From positions 11,839 through 75,838 of the forward strand of contig CAZYQX010000006.1 in assembly GCA_964649985.1 (NCBI GenBank): DNA of 64,000 bases. Reading direction: 5' to 3'. A program made the position numbers and the translations under genes. Source of the stretch: an uncultured Pseudomonadales bacterium. GTDB lineage: Bacteria; Pseudomonadota; Gammaproteobacteria; Pseudomonadales; CAZYQX01. Below the pieces are notes generated by a model. That model ran no database searches. It saw only the letters and a program-made list of their open reading frames with translations, and had not been told where the DNA came from. This document shows, in pieces, positions 34,916 through 43,674 of this stretch (the first letter of the stretch is position 1; every line of letters starts with the position of its first letter).

Positions 34916-34964
34916 CGTTACGCCAGGCCACGCCCGGGTAACACCCCTCCGGGGAGAGCGTTAC
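34916..34964 (-). promoter_or_regulatory. CbrB-type upstream activating sequences
   Basis: Minus strand GTAACG-N15-TGTTAC-N16-GTAACG, about -103 to -151 from the predicted +1. Confidence 0.65.
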
Positions 34965-34981
34965 CCCCCGTATTCACAAAC

Positions 34982-35013
34982 AAAAAAAGGGCGGCACAGC
35001 AAGCCCACCCTTT
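34982..35013 (-). terminator. Rho-independent terminator after porin paralog 2
   Basis: Minus strand AAAGGGTGGGC-loop-GCCGCCCTTTTTTT. Confidence 0.75.
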
Positions 35014-35074
35014 CCAAGCAGAAGCAACACGTTATCCGCGTAGAGAACCCCAGCTGAAGCACACAATCGCACTG

Positions 35075-36481
35075 CTAGAACACAGAGTCCACACCGAAGG
35101 AGACGATTTGGTTACTATCACCCAGCTCTGCGCGAGCTTGATCCACCCCCGTTACCCCGGGGTAGGCGTCAAACACACCCAGGGTGCCATTCATGTCGTA
35201 GTAATAGGTGGATTCAAGCTTCAGGGCCACACTATCCAAAAGCTCGTAGCGCATGCCCAGCGTGATGGACTTCGATTCCTGCATGACCTCCATACCAGCG
35301 CCCGCCATACCACTCATCAGATCGCGCTTGGAAAAACCCGCCTGCGAGAGCATGCCGCCTGCCAGCCCATCATAAAAATCGTAAGCCCGATCTTCGTCAT
35401 CCTCACCTGACGTGAGCACCGCAAAGCTGGCATAGGGCATGAACTTCCCGACGCGGTAGCCCAGGGTTGCATATGCACTGGTGCCACCAACCCAAAAAGT
35501 ATCGTCATCAGCCTGCACATCCACCACTTCGGTCAGCGCCAACCACTGGCCATCGTCATAGCGCATCCCCAACGAAGCGTAGCCAAAGCCTACCGGCACT
35601 TGCTCACCCAGCCCCGGCATGTCGAACACCACCTCAGGCACGCCACTGTAAGACGCCCTCAGCGTCCACGCCCCCACGCTCGAGGTCAGCGCCATCGCCC
35701 ACAGATCTCGCACCTGGATACCCAAGCCTTGCACGGTTTCATCCATGGTGCCGACCCCAAACTGAACCTCGTGGCGCCACCCCCCCGAAGTGAAGGCATA
35801 GAGGGTGTCGACACCGCTGTAATTATTCAAACCGACCAGGTAGGACTCCATGGGAGGACGTACCCAGGGATAGGTGTACCCCACATCCATGGACTCCGAA
35901 TACATATAGAAGGGAGCACGCAAACGCCCTGCGCGTACCATCCAGCCATCAGCTACCTTGAAACGAAGAAAAGCCCACTCGGCGTCTATAGCGTAGTCTT
36001 CGTAGCCGTTGGCAGTGAGCTGTAACACCGCATCCACACTGTCGTTGACCCTGTAATCGAACTGCACACCCGCCATGGTATCGGAGCGGAACTGCTCATC
36101 ATCATCAAGTCCGATGGCTGAGAAATCGACATTTTTATCCGCATTCACCACATAGGCCGACATGAAGCCATGCACCTGAAGCTTTTCTTTCTGCTCTTCG
36201 AGCGTGCGCCTGACCAGCTCGTCGCGCTTCTTGGACTTCTTATCGACCTCAGTGAGCGCCGTCTCCAGCGCCGCGACTCGCTGCGTCACCGTGGAAGACG
36301 AGTGAGGCGCGCTCTGTGTCTGCAGCAGATCGAGTTCAGACTGCAGCGCACGCACCTCCTGCTGATGGCGCGCCGCCATCTTTTGCATCTCGACCATTAA
36401 CTCATCCACAGTTAAGGCCACCGCCGGCATTGCCGCCGCCCCCAACACCACCCCAAACACCATCTGTTTTGGCCGGATCAT
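35075..36481 (-). CDS. Outer-membrane beta-barrel (porin-like) protein with N-terminal coiled coil, paralog 2
   Basis: Signal peptide, heptad-like TVDELMVEMQKM, amphipathic strands, C-terminal SFGVDSVF; collinear with 37106-38683. Confidence 0.75.
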   Translation of the reverse strand: MIRPKQMVFGVVLGAAAMPAVALTVDELMVEMQKMAARHQQEVRALQSELDLLQTQSAPHSSSTVTQRVAALETALTEVDKKSKKRDELVRRTLEEQKEKLQVHGFMSAYVVNADKNVDFSAIGLDDDEQFRSDTMAGVQFDYRVNDSVDAVLQLTANGYEDYAIDAEWAFLRFKVADGWMVRAGRLRAPFYMYSESMDVGYTYPWVRPPMESYLVGLNNYSGVDTLYAFTSGGWRHEVQFGVGTMDETVQGLGIQVRDLWAMALTSSVGAWTLRASYSGVPEVVFDMPGLGEQVPVGFGYASLGMRYDDGQWLALTEVVDVQADDDTFWVGGTSAYATLGYRVGKFMPYASFAVLTSGEDDEDRAYDFYDGLAGGMLSQAGFSKRDLMSGMAGAGMEVMQESKSITLGMRYELLDSVALKLESTYYYDMNGTLGVFDAYPGVTGVDQARAELGDSNQIVSFGVDSVF

Positions 36482-36618
36482 GCTCATTCCTTTTCCCTGC
36501 ATGGAAGCCGCGCACCTAGCGGGCGGGCATTTAATTCAGTATAGCCAGCCCGCGCGCCAAATCAATTTAGAACCAACATTATCTTTTGTCGAGATCAGCC
36601 CGGTAACGTACCCGAAAC

Positions 36619-36655
36619 AAAAAAAGGGTGGGGGCCGCGAGGCCACCCACCCTTT
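36619..36655 (-). terminator. Rho-independent terminator after the small binding-protein gene
   Basis: Minus strand AAAGGGTGGGTGGCC-tcgc-GGCCCCCACCCTTTTTT. Confidence 0.75.
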
Positions 36656-36672
36656 CAAGCAAGGACTATCGA

Positions 36673-37092
36673 CTAAGGTACTTTCAACAGCACCTTAACT
36701 GAAGCATCCACCGACCCGGCATCCACATAGCCGATCGCGCCCGGCGTGGAGGCCACAGCGGCCTTCACTTCAGCACTATCCGCCACCGCTTTGGGCGGCT
36801 TACCCTTGCCGGTGAAAATTACCTGGGACCAGTAAGCCTTCAGCTGAGAGGCATTTTTCTGTGCCACCTTGGTGTAGAACTCGTCCCGCACCTCGGAGCC
36901 TTCCTCCTGATCGATCACGGTCACCTTGGAGCCGTCAGACAGGGAAGAAGACTTGCCCAGGAAGATATTGGCCGCTTCCTGAGCAGTCAGGGCCGAAGCC
37001 CCGGAGGCCGGATTGACGATCACCGCCACCTCGGCATTTGCAATACCTGCTGCCAGAAGACCGGCCGCCAGAGCAATACGTCGCTTCATCAT
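36673..37092 (-). CDS. Small exported periplasmic-binding-protein-like protein (PstS/PBP-like family)
   Basis: Signal peptide then AEVAVIVNP, NIFLGK, YWSQVIFTGKGKPP, PGAIGYV, a motif set typical of the porin-associated small PBP-like family. Confidence 0.75.
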   Translation of the reverse strand: MMKRRIALAAGLLAAGIANAEVAVIVNPASGASALTAQEAANIFLGKSSSLSDGSKVTVIDQEEGSEVRDEFYTKVAQKNASQLKAYWSQVIFTGKGKPPKAVADSAEVKAAVASTPGAIGYVDAGSVDASVKVLLKVP

Positions 37093-37105
37093 GGCTGATC
37101 TCTCC

Positions 37106-38683
37106 TTAGAACACCGAGTCTACGCCGAAAGACACGATCTGGTTGCTGTCGCCCAGTTCCTCACGCGTTTGATCATAGTCACCCGTGCTGAAGACGCCCT
37201 TTGTGCCATTGAAATCATAGGCATAGGTGGATTCAAGCTTAAGTGCCACATTTTCCAACACATCGTAGCGAATGCCCAGCGTGATGGATTTTTGCTCTTG
37301 CATAATCTCAAGACCTGGAAGAGTCTGGCCTAAACCAGCCACATACAACCCATTGTTGAAATCAGCCTTGGTAGCCGTCGCCGCAGATGCGTCATATGCT
37401 GCCGCTGCCAAATTTCCAGCTGCATCCAAAACGGCGTTTCGAGCGGCGGTCGCTGCCGCAACTCCCCCACCGATGTTTGCGGCATATTGCGCATCCGCCA
37501 GGGCCAGGGTACCAGCATCATTGCGGGCAGCATCAATCACACCAGCACGAGTAGCGCCCTGGTAGAAATCAAACGCCTTGTCTTCATCATCTTCACCCGT
37601 CATGGTCACGGCATAACTGGCGTAAGGCATAAATTTGCCTATGCGGTAACCCAAGGTGAAGTACGCGTTAGTGTTGCCCAAAATCGGGCTAGCATCGTCC
37701 ACGCCAAAATCCACCACCTCGGCAATCGCCAGCCACTGACCGTCGTCATAGCGACCACCCAGAGAGGCGTAGTAGGTGGAGACCGGGTCATATTCGTTCA
37801 GCTCCAGAGACGGCAGCAGGGTGTAGGAACCACGCAGCGTCCAGGGGCCGACACTAGAGGTCATCGACATACCCCAACGATCACGCACCTTCACAGTAAT
37901 GCCCTGAGCGTCTTCATCCATGGTGCCAACATAGAACTGTACGTCGTGGCGCCAATCACCCGTGTTGAAGGAATAGATAGTGTCCACGCCGTCATAGTTG
38001 CCCAGACCGACCACATAGGTCTCCATCGGCGGGCGCACCCAGGGGTAGGTGTAACCTACGTCCATGGACTCGGAGTACATATAGGTGGGCGAGCGCAGGC
38101 GGCCAGTGCGCACCATCCAGTTGTCCTGCAGCTTGAAGCGCAGGAAGGCCCACTCGGCGTCGATATCGTAGTTTTCGTAGCCGTTGGAGGTCAGCTGCAG
38201 CACCGCGTCCACGGTGTCGTTGACCTTGTAGTCGAACTGCACACCGGCCATGGTATCGGAGCGGAACTGCTCGTTGTCTTCGACACCAGTGTTGGAGAAG
38301 TCGACGTTTTTATCTGAATTGACGGCATAAGCCGACATGAAGCCGTGTACCTGGAGCTTCTCTTTCTGCTCTTCAACGGTGCGCTTGACCATATCGTCGC
38401 GCTTCTTGGACTTCTTGTCGACGTCAGCGACCTTCTTCTCCAGCTCGTCCAGGCGCTTGCTAACGGTGGGGGCTGGCGCTTCTTCGGCCTCGGCAACCGG
38501 GGCGGCCTTGGTTTGAGCGCGCTTGAGCTGATTGATCTGGGACTTCAGCTGCTTGAGCTCCTGCTCATGGCGCTGATTCATTTTCTGAATCTCAACCATC
38601 AGCTCGTCTACGGTGGCGGCGGTGGCCGGCATAGCAGTCACTGCCAAGGCAGCACCACATGCGATGTGTCGCAGGCTTTTCAC
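37106..38683 (-). CDS. Outer-membrane beta-barrel (porin-like) protein with N-terminal coiled coil, paralog 1
   Basis: GAGGA RBS before GTG; signal peptide; TVDELMVEIQKM coiled coil; C-terminal SFGVDSVF. Confidence 0.75.
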   Translation of the reverse strand: MKSLRHIACGAALAVTAMPATAATVDELMVEIQKMNQRHEQELKQLKSQINQLKRAQTKAAPVAEAEEAPAPTVSKRLDELEKKVADVDKKSKKRDDMVKRTVEEQKEKLQVHGFMSAYAVNSDKNVDFSNTGVEDNEQFRSDTMAGVQFDYKVNDTVDAVLQLTSNGYENYDIDAEWAFLRFKLQDNWMVRTGRLRSPTYMYSESMDVGYTYPWVRPPMETYVVGLGNYDGVDTIYSFNTGDWRHDVQFYVGTMDEDAQGITVKVRDRWGMSMTSSVGPWTLRGSYTLLPSLELNEYDPVSTYYASLGGRYDDGQWLAIAEVVDFGVDDASPILGNTNAYFTLGYRIGKFMPYASYAVTMTGEDDEDKAFDFYQGATRAGVIDAARNDAGTLALADAQYAANIGGGVAAATAARNAVLDAAGNLAAAAYDASAATATKADFNNGLYVAGLGQTLPGLEIMQEQKSITLGIRYDVLENVALKLESTYAYDFNGTKGVFSTGDYDQTREELGDSNQIVSFGVDSVF

Positions 38684-38847
38684 GTTGTAATCCTCATGTT
38701 CCCCAGTTGGAGCCCCGCTGCGCCATTCCGGCATCTAACATGGGCCTCTTGAGAGACTAGCAGGCATTTTTGGTCGCGCCAGTCATTTCGGCACATTTTT
38801 AGCGCCCATCATGTAAAATCGCACAAAAGACTCGCAACCCAATGATT

Positions 38848-38858
38848 AAGAACAACAA
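38848..38858 (+). promoter_or_regulatory. CA motif (Hfq/Crc-type) next to the thioesterase RBS
   Basis: AAGAACAACAA immediately 5' of AGGAG and 15 nt before the ATG. Confidence 0.55.
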
Positions 38859-38873
38859 TTTAGGAGCATAAAA

Positions 38874-39302
38874 ATGCCCCGTATCACGATCAATCCGCCT
38901 GCTGAACTGCCCTTCCAAACGGAGATCCAGGTTTACGTGAACATGATCAATCGGGGCAATCACCTCGGTAATCACAACCTGATTGAGGTGCTGAACGAAG
39001 CGCGCAACCGCTATCTGGACAGCCTGGGGCTGGACACCATGAACATCGCGGGGCACGGTCTCATCAACGCCGACCTGGCGGTGGAATACAAATCTGAGGC
39101 GGGTTACCCGGAAACCCTGAAGGTTGAAGTGGGGACAGGCGACTTCAACAAATACGGCTGCGATTTCTTCTATAGAGTCAGCGCCATGAGCGATGGCCGC
39201 CTGATTGCAGTCGCCAAGACCGGCATGTTGCTATTTGACTACAGCACCAAGAAGCTCGCCCCTGCACCGGAGGATTTCGCCACTTTTTTTGTGGCACCAT
39301 AA
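38874..39302 (+). CDS. Acyl-CoA thioesterase (hotdog fold, YbgC/FcbC-like)
   Basis: INRGNHLGN, EARNRYL, ADLAVEYKSEA, AKTGMLLFDY. Confidence 0.85.
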   Translation: MPRITINPPAELPFQTEIQVYVNMINRGNHLGNHNLIEVLNEARNRYLDSLGLDTMNIAGHGLINADLAVEYKSEAGYPETLKVEVGTGDFNKYGCDFFYRVSAMSDGRLIAVAKTGMLLFDYSTKKLAPAPEDFATFFVAP

Positions 39303-39346
39303 ACACCCCAATCACCTTGGAGTGATCGTGCTTTGCACATGGAGTA

Positions 39347-39376
39347 TTGACACCTCACCTCAATTCAACCGATAAT
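39347..39376 (+). promoter_or_regulatory. Sigma-70 promoter of rpsT
   Basis: TTGACA-N18-GATAAT. Confidence 0.65.
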
Positions 39377-39419
39377 CCCGCGCCTTAATCTTTTGACCAG
39401 TTTCCTGAGGAGTCACCCA

Positions 39420-39686
39420 GTGGCGAATTCAGCTCAAGCCAAGAAGCGCGCTCGCCAAGCTGAAAAGCATCGCGCTCACAACGCCAGCCAGCGTTCCATG
39501 ACGCGTACCTACATCAAGCGCATTGTTGCCGCCATCGCGACCGGTAACAAAGAGCAAGCTCAAGCCGCTTACGCCGCTGCAGTGCCCGTGATCGACCGCA
39601 TGGCCGACAAAGGCATCATCCACAAGAACAAGGCCGCTCGTCACAAGAGCCGCCTGAGCGCCCAGATCAAAGCCCTCGCTGCTTGA
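39420..39686 (+). CDS. rpsT: 30S ribosomal protein S20
   Basis: GTG start after GAGGAG; [25 protein letters not shown]. Confidence 0.98.
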   Translation: MANSAQAKKRARQAEKHRAHNASQRSMTRTYIKRIVAAIATGNKEQAQAAYAAAVPVIDRMADKGIIHKNKAARHKSRLSAQIKALAA

Positions 39687-39692
39687 TATCTG

Positions 39693-39738
39693 GCCAGCCA
39701 TAAAAAAACCGCCTTCGGGCGGTTTTTTTATGGCTGGC
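39693..39738. terminator. Bidirectional terminator with 21-bp perfect stem
   Basis: GCCAGCCATAAAAAAACCGCC-ttcg-GGCGGTTTTTTTATGGCTGGC. Confidence 0.92.
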
Positions 39739-39802
39739 GCCCCCACCAAGACGGGCAACCGCTCCATTCAAGCGGTAAGTAGAGCCCGCCCGAGATCGAC
39801 CA

Positions 39803-41734
39803 CTAATGTATGCCGAACGCGGTTCCAGTGGCGGAATCCCAGCGCCCCTTGTCCCCAACAACAGTTGACTGGGAGAAGCCAACGACTAAGCCCGCAAGGA
39901 CTCGCCTGACCGAAGCCACATCTCCACTATCACATGCAAGCTGCATACTTTTCAGCTGTTCGCTCAACTCAGGCCAGGAGAAGAACGGCTCCCTTGCCAA
40001 ACAGATCAGCGGGTGGTGAGTCCCCTCGCTGTTCTCCCCTATCAGCAATTCTTCATAGAGCTTTTCACCAGGGCGCAAGCCTGTCACACGAATTTCAATA
40101 TCGCCCGTTGGGTGAGCATCATCTTTAACCGTGAGTCCGGCAAGCCGGATCATGCCCCTGGCAAGATCCATGATCTTTACCGGCTCCCCCATATCCAGGA
40201 CGAACACCTCGCCACCCGATGCCATGGCCCCAGCCTGAATAACCAACTGCGCCGCCTCAGGGATCGTCATGAAATAGCGCGTCATTTCGGTATGCGTCAC
40301 GGTGAGCGGCCCGCCCTCAGCAATTTGCCGGCGAAATAACGGCACCACAGAACCGGAGGAACCCAATACATTGCCGAAACGAACCATTGCAAAACAGGTA
40401 GACGCAGAGCGTTCGGCATAGGCCTGCAGAACCAGCTCTGCACAGCGCTTCGAAGCCCCCATTACATTGGTTGGGCGAACAGCCTTGTCTGTGGAGACCA
40501 AAACAAAGCGCTCCACGCCATTCGCCATTGCCACATCAGCACACACCCAGGTACCAAACACGTTGGTTCTGATGCCTTCTATGGGGTTAGCCTCAACAAG
40601 CGGAACGTGCTTATAGGCCGCCGCATGAAAGAGTGTTTGGACGCGATTGGAACGCACAATATCGTCCATGCGAGCCCTGTCACCCACATTGCCCAACAGC
40701 GGAACCAGTTCAATCTCCAAACCACGTCGGAGACACACAGCTTCAAGCTCCTGGTGGATGGAATAAAGGGAAAACTCAGAGGCATCCAATAACAGCAGCT
40801 TGGCAGGGCCAGACAACAGGATCTGCCTCGCCAGCTCACTGCCAATTGAGCCTCCAGCTCCCGTCACCAAAACCACTTTGCCCTTGATACCGCGGGCCAT
40901 CAGCTCAGGCACAGGCTCAACGCAGTCACGCCCCAGGATGTCTTCGATACGAATTTCGCGAATCTGGGACACTGCCAAACGGCCACTTACCAGATCATTC
41001 AGGCAGGGAACTGTCTTGATCTCCACACCAAGTCGGTTAATCTCTGCAACAATCTCCGATCGCCGGCGCTGGGTCATGCGCGGCATCGCCAGCAGCACCT
41101 CACTGATGTTCAGATCAGCCAGTACAGACGCCATGCGCTCAGGGTTATAGACCCTCAAACCAGCCACATCCTGCCGTCTAGCCTGGGCACTGTCATCAAA
41201 AAACGCCATGGGCATGAAGTCTGGACTGTTGCGCAAAAACACCGCCAGCGCTCGCCCGGTTTCTCCCGCGCCATAGATCGCCACCCGCCTGCGCGGCTTA
41301 CCTGAGACGTGATCAAGAGAGCGCACAACACCCCGCGCCGAAAACCTGCTTGCCATCAGGTACAGCACGGCTAAACCACAGTAGATAACTACAGAGGTGC
41401 GTGGCACCCCCTCTACTCGCGTCACACCAATCACGGTAAAAAGTAAAACGGACGAAATCGCCACGCCCTGCACAATGGTGAGCACCACTTTTTCTTCCAG
41501 GTAGCGCACAACGGCTCGGTACAAGCCCAAACGAACAAAGGCCGGCACGGACAATATAGGAATAAGAACGAAGAGCCACCAGAAATGCCCAACCTGGGGC
41601 GTGAGGGTCCCAAAACGGAGTGCCACGGCGCACCAAAAGGCAAATGGCAACAGCAGCGAGTCTGCCAGCACCATCAGCAGGCGCTTTCTCTCACGCGGAA
41701 GCGCCAGTAACCAACGCGACAACCTCAGCAACAT
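39803..41734 (-). CDS. Membrane UDP-GlcNAc 4,6-dehydratase, WbpM/CapD-like
   Basis: N-terminal TM helices, IYGAGETG, VTGAGGSIGSEL, HAAAYKHVP, STDKAV, RFGNVLGSSGSV, RPGEKLYEEL. Confidence 0.93.
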   Translation of the reverse strand: MLLRLSRWLLALPRERKRLLMVLADSLLLPFAFWCAVALRFGTLTPQVGHFWWLFVLIPILSVPAFVRLGLYRAVVRYLEEKVVLTIVQGVAISSVLLFTVIGVTRVEGVPRTSVVIYCGLAVLYLMASRFSARGVVRSLDHVSGKPRRRVAIYGAGETGRALAVFLRNSPDFMPMAFFDDSAQARRQDVAGLRVYNPERMASVLADLNISEVLLAMPRMTQRRRSEIVAEINRLGVEIKTVPCLNDLVSGRLAVSQIREIRIEDILGRDCVEPVPELMARGIKGKVVLVTGAGGSIGSELARQILLSGPAKLLLLDASEFSLYSIHQELEAVCLRRGLEIELVPLLGNVGDRARMDDIVRSNRVQTLFHAAAYKHVPLVEANPIEGIRTNVFGTWVCADVAMANGVERFVLVSTDKAVRPTNVMGASKRCAELVLQAYAERSASTCFAMVRFGNVLGSSGSVVPLFRRQIAEGGPLTVTHTEMTRYFMTIPEAAQLVIQAGAMASGGEVFVLDMGEPVKIMDLARGMIRLAGLTVKDDAHPTGDIEIRVTGLRPGEKLYEELLIGENSEGTHHPLICLAREPFFSWPELSEQLKSMQLACDSGDVASVRRVLAGLVVGFSQSTVVGDKGRWDSATGTAFGIH

Positions 41735-41927
41735 AAACTCTTCTCCCATCCCTATTTCTACCCACGGTGAGACGTCACGGCAAGAAGACTCACTAGGGAA
41801 GCCCCGCTAAGTCACGGCAACCTTGCTGGCATAGTTGAAAACATGATCACAGCAGCCCACCAAGGATACCGGACGCCTAAGACCCCCGAAACGTGAACGC
41901 GCAGCGGTGAGCACGATGATCATTTGC

Positions 41928-41948
41928 GGCTAAAAATCATTTTTAGCC
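41928..41948. promoter_or_regulatory. Perfect 21-bp palindrome upstream of the dehydratase gene
   Basis: GGCTAAAAAT-C-ATTTTTAGCC. Confidence 0.45.
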
Positions 41949-42066
41949 CTAGGCGTTGCTCCCTGCCCCGGCAGGCACCGCCTCCATTGCACGCTAGCGC
42001 AACCGCTTTCACCTAGCCATCATAGACTTTTAGGAGATTGCACGGGCTGCGACAGCGCCTCCAGCA

Positions 42067-42627
42067 CTAATGCGAAACCCCCTCACTGCGCCAAACACGC
42101 ATAAATGTCAGCGCAATAATCTTGAAATCAAAGCACATGGAGCGCCGCTGCAAATACTCGCGATCCAGCTCGACTTTACGCGGGATTGGAAGTTCGTCAC
42201 GCCCATTGATCTGCGCCCAGCCCGTTAGACCCGGGGCAAGCAAATGTACGTTACAAGAAGTTCTCAGCTCTATCAGATCGGCCTGATTGTACAGGGCTGG
42301 CCGCGGCCCTACAAAGCTCATTTCACCTCGCAAAATACACCACAGCTGAGGCAGTTCATCCAAACTGGTCCTGCGCAAAAAGCGCCCCGCAGAGGTAATC
42401 ATCTGCTCAGGGTTCTGCAGCAGATGCGTAGCTACTGCCGGTGTATCAATGTACATCGAGCGGAATTTCGGCATGCTGAAAATCTTGTTATTGCGCCCAA
42501 CCCGATCCGACCAGTACAAGGCAGGGCCAGGCGAGTCCAAGCGAACCCACACCGCGATAAGTAACAGCAGCGGCAACAGGGGCAACAGAACAAGTACAGC
42601 CAACACGAGATCAAACAGTCGCTTCAA
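42067..42627 (-). CDS. Initiating phosphoglycosyl transferase (bacterial sugar transferase, PglC-like)
   Basis: KRLFD, KFRSM, LRRTSLDELPQL, SFVGPRP, PGLTGWAQINGR. Confidence 0.93.
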   Translation of the reverse strand: MKRLFDLVLAVLVLLPLLPLLLLIAVWVRLDSPGPALYWSDRVGRNNKIFSMPKFRSMYIDTPAVATHLLQNPEQMITSAGRFLRRTSLDELPQLWCILRGEMSFVGPRPALYNQADLIELRTSCNVHLLAPGLTGWAQINGRDELPIPRKVELDREYLQRRSMCFDFKIIALTFMRVWRSEGVSH

Positions 42628-42687
42628 ATTAAGCCCCTAACTCTAAATAACTAACGATCAGGATTCGAACGTTTGCCCAGTCAAACA

Positions 42688-43674
42688 TCACTTGGCGCGT
42701 CGGTACGCCCTCACGACCTCACACAACCCCTCGTCCACGGTACAGGGAGGGTGCCAACCCAGTACTCGCTGAGTTTCATCCATGTCTATTTGCAACGAGC
42801 CCGACAGGCGCTGGAACATGTCTGATCGCCCCAGCAGCCGGGCCCCCAATGACAGCAGAAACTCAGGCACGGGGAACGACATTGAAGGCCGCCCCAGCAC
42901 CTTGGCCACGCGACGCAGCAGCTGAGCAGTGGAAAGATCTTCCCCATCCGACACGAGAAAGGTCTGATTGGCCGCAGCAGGATGCGCGATGCAAACGCAG
43001 ATCAAATCAACCAGATTGGCTAATGCCACGAGGCTGCGTTTGTTATGAATACACGCCAACGGCAACGGGATACACCGATCAACCCAGCGCACCAGCGAAG
43101 CAAAATTTGCTTTTACACCGCCCCCATATACCAACGGCGGGCGAATGATAACGAATTCCATCGCCGAATTCGCCGCGACAGCCTTCAAACGCTGCTCTGC
43201 TTCCCATTTTGAACGGCCATAAGCATCCTGGGGGCTGGGCACGCTCAATGATGAAAACGGAGCCTCTGTCGTAGCTTCGCCATTCACCTTGATGGAGCTG
43301 ACGAAAATCATGCGTTTGACGCCCTGCTCGGCAGCCGCCAGCGCAAGCCGCTCCGTTCCCAAGGCGTTGGTTTCGAGATATGGCTCATCGCCCCCCCCTG
43401 CCTTATCCGCCATCATGTGCACGCGAGCGGCGAGGTGAATGACCACATCAATGTTTTGCAAGGCGTTGGTCCAGTTCGTCTTTGAGCCGATCTCCCCCAC
43501 CTCGATCACTGTCAAAAGGGGTGACATCGGCAAAGGGCTCAGCCCCTTACGCCTCACCGCCGCCGTCACCCGGTACCCGGAAGCGAGCAGTTCCTCACAC
43601 AACGCTCGCCCAACAAAGCCTGTTGCCCCCGTGACCAGTATGCGCGGCAAACTATCCAGTGTCTGATCTGTCAC
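42688..43674 (-). CDS. NAD-dependent epimerase/4-reductase, WbpV-like SDR
   Basis: LVTGATGFVG, HLAARVH, SSIKVNGE, YGRSK, IRPPLVYG. Confidence 0.9.
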   Translation of the reverse strand: MTDQTLDSLPRILVTGATGFVGRALCEELLASGYRVTAAVRRKGLSPLPMSPLLTVIEVGEIGSKTNWTNALQNIDVVIHLAARVHMMADKAGGGDEPYLETNALGTERLALAAAEQGVKRMIFVSSIKVNGEATTEAPFSSLSVPSPQDAYGRSKWEAEQRLKAVAANSAMEFVIIRPPLVYGGGVKANFASLVRWVDRCIPLPLACIHNKRSLVALANLVDLICVCIAHPAAANQTFLVSDGEDLSTAQLLRRVAKVLGRPSMSFPVPEFLLSLGARLLGRSDMFQRLSGSLQIDMDETQRVLGWHPPCTVDEGLCEVVRAYRRAK

